A stretch of DNA of 64,000 nt. Origin: an uncultured bacterium. GTDB lineage: Bacteria; Fidelibacterota; Marinisomatia; SCGC-AAA003-L08; JACNLC01. Below, piece by piece: positions 42,279 through 51,772 of the stretch. How positions within the stretch are numbered: the stretch's first letter is position 1; each line of letters opens with the position of its first letter. The DNA is taken from NCBI GenBank assembly GCA_964527215.1, contig CAZGNZ010000018.1, forward strand, positions 16,523-80,522, read 5' to 3'. The notes under the pieces were generated by a model. That model was not told where the DNA came from, searched no databases, and saw only the letters and a list, made by a program, of their open reading frames with translations. A program made the translations under genes and the position numbers.

Positions 42279-43133
42279 TCACTTCTCGTTCTCAACACAG
42301 GCGGTGATGGTTTCCTCCAGTTTCCGGTCCAGAATTTTTGTCAGATGATAATCAGACCGCCATTTTTCCCAATAACAGGGGAGCATTCCGATACTGGTTG
42401 AGGAGATAAACGCCTCATCCATATTATCCAGGGACTGCAGGGGAATATGTGTCTCCCAGACTGACATTCCAGAATCATGAGCCACCTGCATGATTGTATC
42501 CCTCATGACTCCCGGAAGCACACCCAGTTTCAGATCCGGTGTCAGGAGGACACCATCCTTGATGAAGAAAATATTTCGAATAGCGCATTCTGTGATCAGT
42601 CCGCGGCGATTCACGAAAACAGGCTCATATGCACCTGCGTCGTTCACGGTTTTCTTGGCCAGAAGATTTCCGATGTAGTTCATCGACTTGATAGCATGGC
42701 GAAATCGAATCAGCGGATAATCGGATTCATTCAAAAACATGACTTCCACGGGATTCTCCGGTTTGGGTGCCACTGAACGAACCAGGATATACAGGCCGTT
42801 GGGACCTTCATGGAGCCATGGAGCATCGTGGATAAAGCCCCGGGTGATCATCAGCCTGAGAGCACCCTGGGTCAGCTGATTTCGAGCAACGGCTTCTTTC
42901 AGCAGCGACAGCAGTTCATCATTGGACTGCCGAATGTTCAGCTTCAGTATTTCAGTTCCGCTGCGCAGCCGCTCAAGATGTTTTTCGGGCCGGAACAGAC
43001 CGCCGTTTTGAAACCGAAGTGTTTCAAAAAGACCGTCGCCGTACAGGAAGCCTGCATCCGTGAACGGCACCGAAGCTTCATTCAGGCTTTGCCAGCTGCC
43101 GTTTACATATACCGTTGTGTTTTCCATATTCAT
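42279..43133 (-). CDS. Class IV PLP aminotransferase (PabC/IlvE/Dat-like)
   Basis: DAGFLYGDGLFET, HLERL, KS.NY and LPGVMR motifs. Confidence 0.9.
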   Translation of the reverse strand: MNMENTTVYVNGSWQSLNEASVPFTDAGFLYGDGLFETLRFQNGGLFRPEKHLERLRSGTEILKLNIRQSNDELLSLLKEAVARNQLTQGALRLMITRGFIHDAPWLHEGPNGLYILVRSVAPKPENPVEVMFLNESDYPLIRFRHAIKSMNYIGNLLAKKTVNDAGAYEPVFVNRRGLITECAIRNIFFIKDGVLLTPDLKLGVLPGVMRDTIMQVAHDSGMSVWETHIPLQSLDNMDEAFISSTSIGMLPCYWEKWRSDYHLTKILDRKLEETITACVENEK

Positions 43134-43138
43134 TTTTA

Positions 43139-44089
43139 TTATCCGATCAGTTCATTTTCCAGTTTTGCCAGCGGTGATTTTACCTGATAACCAAAGGTGG
43201 TATAATTCAGGGTGCGCGGCGCGGGGATGGCATATGAAAATACCTTCCTGGATTTCAGCCACTCTTCCAGTCCCGTTTTGCGGACTTCGGAAAGGGGAAT
43301 GCGTTTGCGCTGCCCGTCAACTCGCCGCATGATTTCAGGCAGTTTGGGCGGAGTCCAGCTCAAATGCCTGGCAAACAGGTGCAGCAAGTTCAAGATCACA
43401 TCTTCATCCCAGTCCGGATTGCACTGATACTGAATGCTGCGCAGCTTGCGGTGCATGGAGATAAGTTTGCCGCGGCCGGAGACCGCGCCAAGCGACTTCA
43501 ATTCCGGATAAAGCAGTTCATCCACTCTTTTTTCAAACAGGGAGGTTGCCGCCTTTTTAAACAGTGCCGTCCAGTTATAGTCCGTCATCATAGTGCACCA
43601 GTTTTTCACATTTTCCGGGTAATGCTGAATTTTCAGCCAGGCGGCGTCCGCCTGAAGCAGCAGCAAACGACCCATGAGTGTATGTGGGATGGGGTAATCG
43701 TACAGCCAGAGCAGATAGATCAACGTTGAAAACGGGTATTTCCTGCTGAAGGATCCGGCATTTACCCCAGCCAGAATATTGGGATTGCAGGAGCTGTCAA
43801 AACCCGGAGGGACTTCATTCCTGAGAGAAATGATATGACCGCCAACTGCCCGTCCCTGTCTGGGCAGTATGTTTAAATCCACCCAAATCAGATTCCTGCG
43901 GTCACTGATGGCTTGATGATCAATCCAGATACTGGACAAATCATAGTATCCGCATAATTCCCAGTTTAGATGATGGTGCAGCAGGGCTGCGCAGATAATC
44001 CCGTCATAATCGGCAGAAATGATAAACCGGTGGTTTTTTTCAGCCAGCCAGGGAAACCGCGAAATGATATGATTACGCTCAAAAATCAC
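43139..44089 (-). CDS. Hypothetical protein, possible divergent DHH-type phosphoesterase
   Basis: Long ORF coupled to the downstream gene (5-bp gap); ADYDG and WVDL resemble DHH motifs I and II. Confidence 0.7.
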   Translation of the reverse strand: MIFERNHIISRFPWLAEKNHRFIISADYDGIICAALLHHHLNWELCGYYDLSSIWIDHQAISDRRNLIWVDLNILPRQGRAVGGHIISLRNEVPPGFDSSCNPNILAGVNAGSFSRKYPFSTLIYLLWLYDYPIPHTLMGRLLLLQADAAWLKIQHYPENVKNWCTMMTDYNWTALFKKAATSLFEKRVDELLYPELKSLGAVSGRGKLISMHRKLRSIQYQCNPDWDEDVILNLLHLFARHLSWTPPKLPEIMRRVDGQRKRIPLSEVRKTGLEEWLKSRKVFSYAIPAPRTLNYTTFGYQVKSPLAKLENELIG

Positions 44090-44243
44090 AACCTAAAAAT
44101 AGGCTGACGGCATTCATGAAATATTGATAATTTTTTCTGGTGAAAAATCCTAAGTTATCAGTGGCTAATATAGTTAGTAATATTCGATTTAATCCACCAG
44201 CGGGCAGCCCCGCCGGGATTCCAACCAAATCAGGGAGAGCATT

Positions 44244-45311
44244 ATGAAATATCTGATTCACACAGCCGTTTTGGCAGCATTCCTGCTGCCCCTGCAGGCA
44301 GCTGATCTTGAGGAAACAATCAGTATAATGGCCGGAAACAATGCGGAAGTCTATCTGGCTCCCCTTGCCACAGCATTCGGCACCAATGTGAATTCCGGTT
44401 TGTTCAGTTCAGCCAAACCCCACAAAATCCTGGGATTTGATGTGACCATGAACGTTGCATTTTCACAAATACCGGATGATGACACGCATTATCAGTTTGT
44501 CATCAGCAGTGAAGATATTCAGTTTACGGAAAGTTTTACCGGTGAGGATATCACGGTTTCCCTCAATCCCAATGAGCTGTATGAAGACAACCGCACGGCT
44601 GCGACGATTTTCGGTCCGGATCGTTCCTACACTATTGCCGTGGACCATGATGAAGCAGTGGATGACATCGCAATGCAGATTGCAGGGGAACTGCCCAATA
44701 CAACCGCGGAACAGGTCAAGACACTGTACGGGAATGAAATCAATGCATTCATTCAAACCGCGCTGCCGCCGATCAGCACACCCAAGGGGTTTGATATTGA
44801 TCTGATGCCGATGATTATCCCGCAGGTGGCGTTGGGTTTGCCGTACGACGTGGAAGTCATGCTGCGGGGCGCACCTCCGCTGAAAGCAGGCGATCTCGGG
44901 GAATTTTCATATTTTGGATACGGTGCCAAAATTGGACTGAATCAGTTTCTGCCCCTCGAAAATCCGCTTTATCCCAGACTGTCCCTAGGATATTACGGGA
45001 TGCATCTCAATCTGGACGATATCGTCGAATCGCACAATCACATCATATCACTGCAGGCGAGCAAAAGTTTTCCGTTCCTTACCGTGTATGGCGGCTACGG
45101 GCTGGAAAGCTCGGAAGTGGATGTGGAATATGATTACTATACCAATGAGCTTACACCGCCCACCAAAATCGAATTCTCACTGGACGGCAGTAATGAATCG
45201 AGAGTTCTGCTTGGCGCAAGAATCAAGGTTTTCCTGTTCAGCGTAAATTTGGATTACAACATGGGTGAATACGAATCATACAATATGGGAATCAGTATCG
45301 CCCTCAGGTAG
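44244..45311 (+). CDS. DUF6588-like exported/outer-membrane protein
   Basis: Signal peptide; YLAPL..AFG.N.NSG.F.SAKPH..LGFD; PQVALGLP; C-terminal amphipathic beta strands. Confidence 0.7.
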   Translation: MKYLIHTAVLAAFLLPLQAADLEETISIMAGNNAEVYLAPLATAFGTNVNSGLFSSAKPHKILGFDVTMNVAFSQIPDDDTHYQFVISSEDIQFTESFTGEDITVSLNPNELYEDNRTAATIFGPDRSYTIAVDHDEAVDDIAMQIAGELPNTTAEQVKTLYGNEINAFIQTALPPISTPKGFDIDLMPMIIPQVALGLPYDVEVMLRGAPPLKAGDLGEFSYFGYGAKIGLNQFLPLENPLYPRLSLGYYGMHLNLDDIVESHNHIISLQASKSFPFLTVYGGYGLESSEVDVEYDYYTNELTPPTKIEFSLDGSNESRVLLGARIKVFLFSVNLDYNMGEYESYNMGISIALR

Positions 45312-45397
45312 AATTCCCGACGGTTTTCAGATATCAGATTGCAAAAGAATCTCCCATTCGGCTCACGTCAAAGCTGAATTTAATGTGCTGACCAGTA

Positions 45398-45489
45398 ATG
45401 AATTTGGCCGCCCGTCAGCTGACGGATTTGGGATTCTGTAATCGATCGGGGCATTAACTGTTTCGCCGCCACGCCAAATGGCGGATTCA
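45398..45489. repeat. Palindromic dispersed element, short diverged copy
   Basis: atgaatttggccgcccgtcagctgacgg...tttcgccgccacgccaaatggcggattca. Confidence 0.8.
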
Positions 45490-45492
45490 ATG

Positions 45493-45537
45493 AGACTTCC
45501 AGCCAGAGGTACGGACAGCTGGAAGTCTTTATTTTTT
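45493..45537 (+). terminator. Intrinsic terminator between convergent DUF6588-like gene and ssb
   Basis: agacttccagc...gctggaagtct 11-bp stem followed by ttatttttt. Confidence 0.65.
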
Positions 45538-45549
45538 CATTCCATCAAA

Positions 45550-45951
45550 TCAGAAAGGCAGGTTTTCTTCATCGCTTTCCCCCTTTTCATCTGACGATTT
45601 GGCGGCAGTTTCATCACTGCGCCATTCCAGCGGTGTCAGGCTGGAGCAGATAACTTCTGTCGTCCGGCGGTTGTTGTCATCCTTATCCTTCCAGGTACGG
45701 GTTCTCAGTGTCCCCTCCAGACAAACAAGCTGCCCTTTCTGAATGTACTGAGTCACAAAATCAGCCGTTTTATTCCAGGCCACAATATTGTGCCACTCAG
45801 TCCGTTCTTTCCGGTCTTCACCGTCTCCCCAGACTTCATTGGTGGCAACCGAAAAACTGGCGGTTGAAGCCCCCGACGGTGTATAGCGCCCTTCGGGTTT
45901 ATTTCCGATCCTGCCAACCAGAATAACTCGGTTCAAACTTGCTTTTTCCAT
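45550..45951 (-). CDS. ssb: Single-stranded DNA-binding protein
   Basis: LNRVILVG, TEWH.IVAW, GTLRTRTW and acidic C-terminal tail ending LPF. Confidence 0.96.
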   Translation of the reverse strand: MEKASLNRVILVGRIGNKPEGRYTPSGASTASFSVATNEVWGDGEDRKERTEWHNIVAWNKTADFVTQYIQKGQLVCLEGTLRTRTWKDKDDNNRRTTEVICSSLTPLEWRSDETAAKSSDEKGESDEENLPF

Positions 45952-46325
45952 TTCAAAACTCCTGTATTAAATATTGATGTTGACGCAGAAAAACGTGCCG
46001 ATCACACAATTCCGACAGGTGTTACGCTGGAAACAACCCCATTGTGTGGCTGACGTGACTTGACCGCGTTCGCGGATCGGGTTTAATCAGCTGTACCCAT
46101 ATATCTGAACTGCCGTACTGAAAAGCGTCAGGAACTTCATTCAGACAGGGAACCGGATCAGATATCCAGCAGAATTATCCGGATCTGAGGTCTGAGGTTT
46201 GATTTACGGGGATGTTTTCCACGGTATTCAGACAGGATAAAGTGCAATTGGAATTCCAATCCGTTCAACTTTAAAAACTGCATCTATAAATACTATGCAA
46301 TTTTGCGGACTGTTCGGACAGAATT

Positions 46326-47675
46326 TTATAAATCGGCGGGAAATGCAAGTGTGAATGTGGAACCTTTTCCCAGTTTTCTTTCGACGAGAAGCTTGCCTCT
46401 GTGGGCCTTGATAATTTTATTGGTGATGGACAGTCCCAATCCGAAACCGCTTTTTTTCCGGTTATCAGGGTTCTGTCCGCGGTAAAACGGTTTGGTCAGT
46501 TCATTCAGCTCTTCGGGATTAATTCCTTTCCCAAAATCACGGACCACGATTAGAATGGTATTCTTGAAATACCGTGCTGAAATTTCAACGGATTTGCCGG
46601 AAATCCCGTATTTAAGTGCATTATCGATAAGATTTCTCAGGGCAACACGCATTTTGGTTTTGTCAAAGCGAATGGACATCATAGGAACCCCTTCCTTGAC
46701 GACAATTTTTTCTTCGGCTGCGGGATACATCGCGACAATCTGATCGATAAACGCACCAATACTGTGGGATTCCAGATCCAGGTTGGTGTACGGCATGGAA
46801 AGTTTGTCTGAAAACAGGAGATTGGATATGATGCTTTCCAGGAAATGTATTTCTTGGTTCAGTTTATCGTTGTTTTTGTGGGGCGGCATCATTTCCACAA
46901 TCAGCCGCATTCGGGTCAGGGGAGTTCGCAGTTCGTGGCTGACATCTGCCAGCAGAGCTTGTTTGTGCTGCAGAAGCAATCGGATATCATTGATCAGCTG
47001 GTTGATGGTTCGGGCCAGGCTGGCCAGTTCATCATCTCCTTTCACCGGAATCTGACTTCTCAAATCCCCTTTTTCCAGGGTGGAGATGCGTCGCTTCATC
47101 TGCTGAATGGGCATCAGATACTGACGAATTACTGAGAAAAGAATCACCATGAATACCAGGGTCAGGATGGAGGCAGGGAAAAACCGCAGTACCAGGTCTG
47201 ACGGTGTGGTCCATTCGATTGCAAGATAGAAATCGTAGTTTTCATTGCTTACAACTGCGGCCATTAAATCACCCAAATCGCCAAAAGCCACATACAGCGG
47301 AATTTGAATACCGTGGATATCCCCAAGGTATTCACTGTCTGAGTAACTGATAAATCCTTCATTGGTAAAATCGGCGGGATATGCCCATACTTTTTCCCCT
47401 TCGATATAAATACCGCCCATCATTTGAAGGTTTTTCAAATCCCTGAGCATCATGAGGGTATCCGGCGGAACCCCCCAGGATTCCACCATCTGGGAATAGT
47501 AATAGCATTCATGTGTATCCAGAATGGTATCCTGCTCCGAAAAGGAATAATAAACCACAAAATACAGCACCATAATCAGGGCTGCTGTAAAGAGTGTTAC
47601 AAGCAGGCCGATTCTGAGGAACAGACTTTGCCGAAATGGGGAAAAGTGGCGGGGTTTAGTTTTGGGACTCTCCAA
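46326..47675 (-). CDS. Sensor histidine kinase (2 TM, HAMP, HisKA, HATPase)
   Basis: VSHELRTPL, NLIDNALKY, DFGKG and GFGLGL motifs. Confidence 0.93.
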   Translation of the reverse strand: MESPKTKPRHFSPFRQSLFLRIGLLVTLFTAALIMVLYFVVYYSFSEQDTILDTHECYYYSQMVESWGVPPDTLMMLRDLKNLQMMGGIYIEGEKVWAYPADFTNEGFISYSDSEYLGDIHGIQIPLYVAFGDLGDLMAAVVSNENYDFYLAIEWTTPSDLVLRFFPASILTLVFMVILFSVIRQYLMPIQQMKRRISTLEKGDLRSQIPVKGDDELASLARTINQLINDIRLLLQHKQALLADVSHELRTPLTRMRLIVEMMPPHKNNDKLNQEIHFLESIISNLLFSDKLSMPYTNLDLESHSIGAFIDQIVAMYPAAEEKIVVKEGVPMMSIRFDKTKMRVALRNLIDNALKYGISGKSVEISARYFKNTILIVVRDFGKGINPEELNELTKPFYRGQNPDNRKKSGFGLGLSITNKIIKAHRGKLLVERKLGKGSTFTLAFPADL

Positions 47676-48348
47676 TAAACTTGTATCCTACTCCGTGAAC
47701 GGTCTTGATAAAACGGGTTGAAGACGGGGTTTCGCCCAATTTATTCCGGAGTCGGCTGACAAGAACATCTACGGAGCGGTCATAGCTTTGCCAGCGAATT
47801 CCGCGGATGTTTTCAACCAGGAATTCACGATCAAGCACTTTGCCGGGGTTTTCAGCAAACAGAACCAGGGCTTCAAACTCGGTGGTTGACAGATGGATCA
47901 GATCACCGTCCAGTTCGACCTCTTCTCTGAGTTTGTTTACAATAAGTCCTTCAAACTCCAGAAGATCAAGCATTTGCGAGGGGGACTTACTCCGCCTGAG
48001 TATTGACTGTATTCGGGCCAGGAGTTCCCTTGGTTCAAACGGTTTGGGCAGATAATCATCCGCACCAAGATCCAGACCGACAATACGATCATTGACTTCC
48101 CCTCTGGCGGTAAGCATTATAACCGGCAAACTGGAATCTTCCCGAATTTTTTTCAGAACCTGAAAACCGTCCATTTCAGGCATCATGATATCAAGGATAA
48201 GCAAATCGATATCATTGTTTTCAAGATACTTAAGTCCGGCAATCGGATCCGGTTTACAGGTGACGTCATAATCATATGATGACAGAAATTCCTCCAGCAG
48301 TTCAATCAGCTGCAAATCATCATCTATGACTAGAATTTTCTCGGTCAT
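47656..48348 (-). CDS. OmpR-family response regulator
   Basis: ILVIDDD, LDIMMP, LTARG, GADDYLPKPF, DRSVDV..SRLR.KL; start at ATG 48348. Confidence 0.94.
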   Translation of the reverse strand: MTEKILVIDDDLQLIELLEEFLSSYDYDVTCKPDPIAGLKYLENNDIDLLILDIMMPEMDGFQVLKKIREDSSLPVIMLTARGEVNDRIVGLDLGADDYLPKPFEPRELLARIQSILRRSKSPSQMLDLLEFEGLIVNKLREEVELDGDLIHLSTTEFEALVLFAENPGKVLDREFLVENIRGIRWQSYDRSVDVLVSRLRNKLGETPSSTRFIKTVHGVGYKFIGESQN

Positions 48349-48531
48349 GTATTTGCTCCCTTTGCCCGTTGGAAAATGGATAATTATATTCGCGCAATGA
48401 TCAACGGTTAAAATTATTATAAAAAAGAATATCTGCCCTAGTTCAAATAAAAAAAAAGGTGTCGTGGCTAAGCGTAAAATCAATACGCGGTTCTGTAACG
48501 GCGCTGCTGCAATAAATTTTCTACCAATTAC

Positions 48532-49837
48532 TCGGGTTGACCCCAAGGCAGGTTCTCAAGCCAGGATTCCGTTTCGGATCACGAGTATTTTATTGGGCAG
48601 ACTTGTCTATTCTGTCTGCCGATTTATGCGCGGTCGGCGTGTTTATGCGTTTCTGGCGTGAAGGCAGGCTTCCGACGGATGAATGGCATGAATTTAACGA
48701 ATCGTGTCCGGATCGGAGTGCTGAATGCATAGTATATATACATTAAAACTGTGCACCATTGAACGACCCGCCACTGGGGGGGCACCTCAGCCCTTTGGGC
48801 GGGGTTCGGGCCAAAACAGAGCTTCTGTCAAACAAATCCCTCACCTGTTTCCGCAGGCCATTGAGCCATTTGAAGTCTGGCAGATCAATCCGACACCATC
48901 AGTAAGGAAAACGATGCATTCGCCGTATTCAAGCTTTTTCAGGAGTAAAAGAGATTCAATCGGGTTGACCCCAAGGCAGGTTCTCAAGCCAGGATTCCGT
49001 TTCGGATCACGAGTATTTTATTGGGCAGACTTGTCTATTCTGTCTGCCGATTTATGCGCGGTTGGCGTGTTTATGCATTTCTGGCGTGAAGGCAGGCTTC
49101 CGACGGATGAATGGCATGAATTTAACGGATCGTGTCCGAATCGGAGTGCTGAATGCATAGTATATATACATTAAAACTGTGCACCATTGAATGACCCGCC
49201 ACTGGGGGGGCACCTCAGCCCTTTGGGCGGGGTTCGGGCCCAAAACAGAGCTTCTGTCAAAAAAATCCCTCACCTGTTTCCACAGGCCATTGAGCCATTT
49301 GAAGTCTGGCAGATCAACCCGACACCATCAGTAAGGAAAACGATGCATTCGCCGTATTCAAACTTTTTCAGGAGTAAAAGAGAATGAATTTCCCCGCCCG
49401 TCAGCTGACGGGACGGGGTATCATTAGTGATATGATCATTTTTTTTTCGCCGCCACGCCAAATGGCGGATTTCCAACAAGTGGCGGGGAATGCACCCAGT
49501 TACACCCGTCAGTCAGGAGACGGATTAAAAATCCGCCCACTGGCGGATTCAATCGGGTTGATACCAAGGCAGGTTCTCAAGCCAGGATTCCGTTTCGGGT
49601 CACGAGCATTTAACAGGGCAGATTTGTCTATCCTGCTGCCGATTTATGCGCGGTTGGCGTGTTTATGCATTTCTGGCGTGAAGGCAGGCTTCCGACGGAT
49701 GAATGGCATGAATTTAACGGATCGTGTCCGAATCGGAGTGCTGAATGCATAGTATATATACATTAAAACTGTGCACCATTGAATGACCCGCCACTGGGGG
49801 GGCTCCTCAGCCCTTTGGGCGGGGTTCGCGCCCAAAA
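48532..49837. repeat. Tandem ~428-bp non-coding repeat (2 full copies plus 1 partial)
   Basis: Units begin tcgggttga at 48532, 48960 and 49553; they differ by scattered substitutions; the third copy is truncated near 49837. Confidence 0.93.
49384..49551. repeat. Palindromic dispersed element, copy inserted between tandem units 2 and 3
   Basis: Near-identical to 4564-4732; absent from the homologous unit 1/2 junction. Confidence 0.9.
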
Positions 49838-49878
49838 GGAGAATATTAGACATTTTAAAAATCCCACCCCCGTTCTAA

Positions 49879-50054
49879 CCCGGATATTTCATGAGACTTC
49901 GCAATGAGATGATGAAAATGATTGATTCTACAAGGCATATGAAGAAAAATGAGTGAAATCGTACTGGACAGTACGTTGAGAACATTTTTCGAGTATAACG
50001 CTGTAGAATTGAGCAGATCCATCATCGGAATAGATTTCTCATGAAATATTCGGG
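49879..50054. mobile_element. IS1380-like MITE (176 bp) with CTAA target-site duplication
   Basis: TIRs cccggatatttcatgaga / tctcatgaaatattcggg flanked on both sides by ctaa; internally deleted relative of 26061-26315. Confidence 0.85.
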
Positions 50055-50162
50055 CTAAAGTGATCCAATCACCTGCGGTCGGGGTGAATAAGCCGCCCTT
50101 TACTAGCGGTCAAACAAAGCAGCTACAATTTTTCCGAAGGAAGTGGTGTAAAATTCAATATG

Positions 50163-51521
50163 CTACCGGTTCAGCAAACCGGTCGGTGACAGCTCGTCCC
50201 GCAGTTTCTGAATGCGCTTGGTGAACTCAGGATCATTCTTCATCCGTTTTTCCACCTGACGGCATGCATGAATCACGGTTGTATGATCCCGTCCGCCAAT
50301 ATGCTGACCAATACTCAGAAGCGAGAGGTCGGTTAATTCCCTGCCCAGAAACATCACCACCTGACGAGCCAGGGCGACTTCCTGAATTCGACTCTTGCCC
50401 AGTATCTGCCGCTCAGATACTTTCATCTCGCGGCTGATCTGCTTGATGACCTGATCAATGGTTACTTCAGCAAACGCTGCTTTCCCCAAGATATCCTGCA
50501 GTACCTTCTGAGCCAGTTCCATCGTTATGGCCTGACGCCGCAGGGTGGAAAATGCCAGCAGCCGGATCAAGGCACCTTCCAGTTCCCGAATGTTGTTCTT
50601 AATCGCCGAGGCAATATACTGGGTAATATCAAAAGGAATTTCAAGCCCGTCTTCTTCAGCTTTTTTCATCAGAATCGCAATTCGGGTTTCCAAATCAGGT
50701 GCCTGAATATCTACAATCAACCCGGACTGAAACCGCGAGACCAGCCGATCTTTCAAGCCGGTCAGCTGATGAGGGGGACGATCTGTGGTCAGAACAATTT
50801 GCTTCCCCTGCTGATACAGCTCATTGAAAAGATGAAAAAACTGCTCCTGGGTCTGCTCTTTATTCTGAAAAAACTGGATGTCATCCAGCAGAAGCAAGTC
50901 AATATTGCGATAGGTACTGGCGAATTCGTTGGACTTGTTCACCTGAATGGCATTAATAAAATCCAGCATGAACTTTTCGCTTGTCAGATAAACAACCCGG
51001 GCGCCGGTTCCCTGCTCCAGAATGTAATTGCCAATAGCTTGAAGCAGATGTGTTTTTCCCAATCCGGTATTACTGTAAATCAGCAGCGGATTAAAAGGTG
51101 TCTGACCGGGATTCTCGGCCACAGACATTGCAGCCGCTTTAGCCAGCTGGTTGCTGGCCCCCTCTATGAAATTGTTAAATGTATACCGCCGGTTCAGCTG
51201 TGAACTGTCATGGTACATTTTCTGAACCGGTTTGTCCCTGGGTATCAGGGTCGGGACATCATCATTCTGCTCCTCCAGATCAGCAACCTGATAGCGGATA
51301 TTGTACGACCGCCCGGCTGCTTCCTGCATTGCAGCTGTAATTAAACTTTGATATTTTGCTTCCAGCCATTCATGATGAAACGGTCCTGGAACCTGAAGTA
51401 TAATATCATTATTCGTAACCCGCATTGCGGTGACATCATCGAACCATGTATGATAGGCCTGCTCTGGAATTCGGTCACGGATATATCCCAGACATTCCTG
51501 CCAGAATTGATCTTTTTCCAA
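50163..51521 (-). CDS. dnaA: Chromosomal replication initiator DnaA
   Basis: YTFNNFIEG, NPLLIY..TGLGKTHL, DDIQF, QEQFFHLFN and GGRDHTTVIHA motifs; TTG start. Confidence 0.97.
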   Translation of the reverse strand: MEKDQFWQECLGYIRDRIPEQAYHTWFDDVTAMRVTNNDIILQVPGPFHHEWLEAKYQSLITAAMQEAAGRSYNIRYQVADLEEQNDDVPTLIPRDKPVQKMYHDSSQLNRRYTFNNFIEGASNQLAKAAAMSVAENPGQTPFNPLLIYSNTGLGKTHLLQAIGNYILEQGTGARVVYLTSEKFMLDFINAIQVNKSNEFASTYRNIDLLLLDDIQFFQNKEQTQEQFFHLFNELYQQGKQIVLTTDRPPHQLTGLKDRLVSRFQSGLIVDIQAPDLETRIAILMKKAEEDGLEIPFDITQYIASAIKNNIRELEGALIRLLAFSTLRRQAITMELAQKVLQDILGKAAFAEVTIDQVIKQISREMKVSERQILGKSRIQEVALARQVVMFLGRELTDLSLLSIGQHIGGRDHTTVIHACRQVEKRMKNDPEFTKRIQKLRDELSPTGLLNR

Positions 51522-51558
51522 TTTTTTTAAATACCTATGGATAGGATTGCGGAATCAG

Positions 51559-51578
51559 TTATACACAACTTATTAACA
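51559..51578 (+). promoter_or_regulatory. Tandem DnaA boxes upstream of dnaA
   Basis: TTATACACA (matches TTWTNCACA) at 51559-51567 and TTATTAACA at 51570-51578 in an AT-rich intergenic region. Confidence 0.65.
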
Positions 51579-51772
51579 TGCTCAAGTTAATAGGCAGTAA
51601 AATTTGCAATTAACAGATAACCAATACAAGCATTACATCATAAAAACTTATAAAAACTTCCGATTCTGGCAACATGTGCCTTCTTGTTTTCCTCAGGGTA
51701 TGCGACCTGAGTTATCGTAATATATCCACCCTTCTGAATCAGATAAAATTGTGTTAACCAGCAAAGGAAAAA

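Noticed and set aside
48532-49853. Short ORFs in the tandem repeat, or a CRISPR array
   Set aside because: ORFs differ in frame and length between copies and lack recognisable motifs; units are ~428 bp without unique spacers and no cas genes are present.
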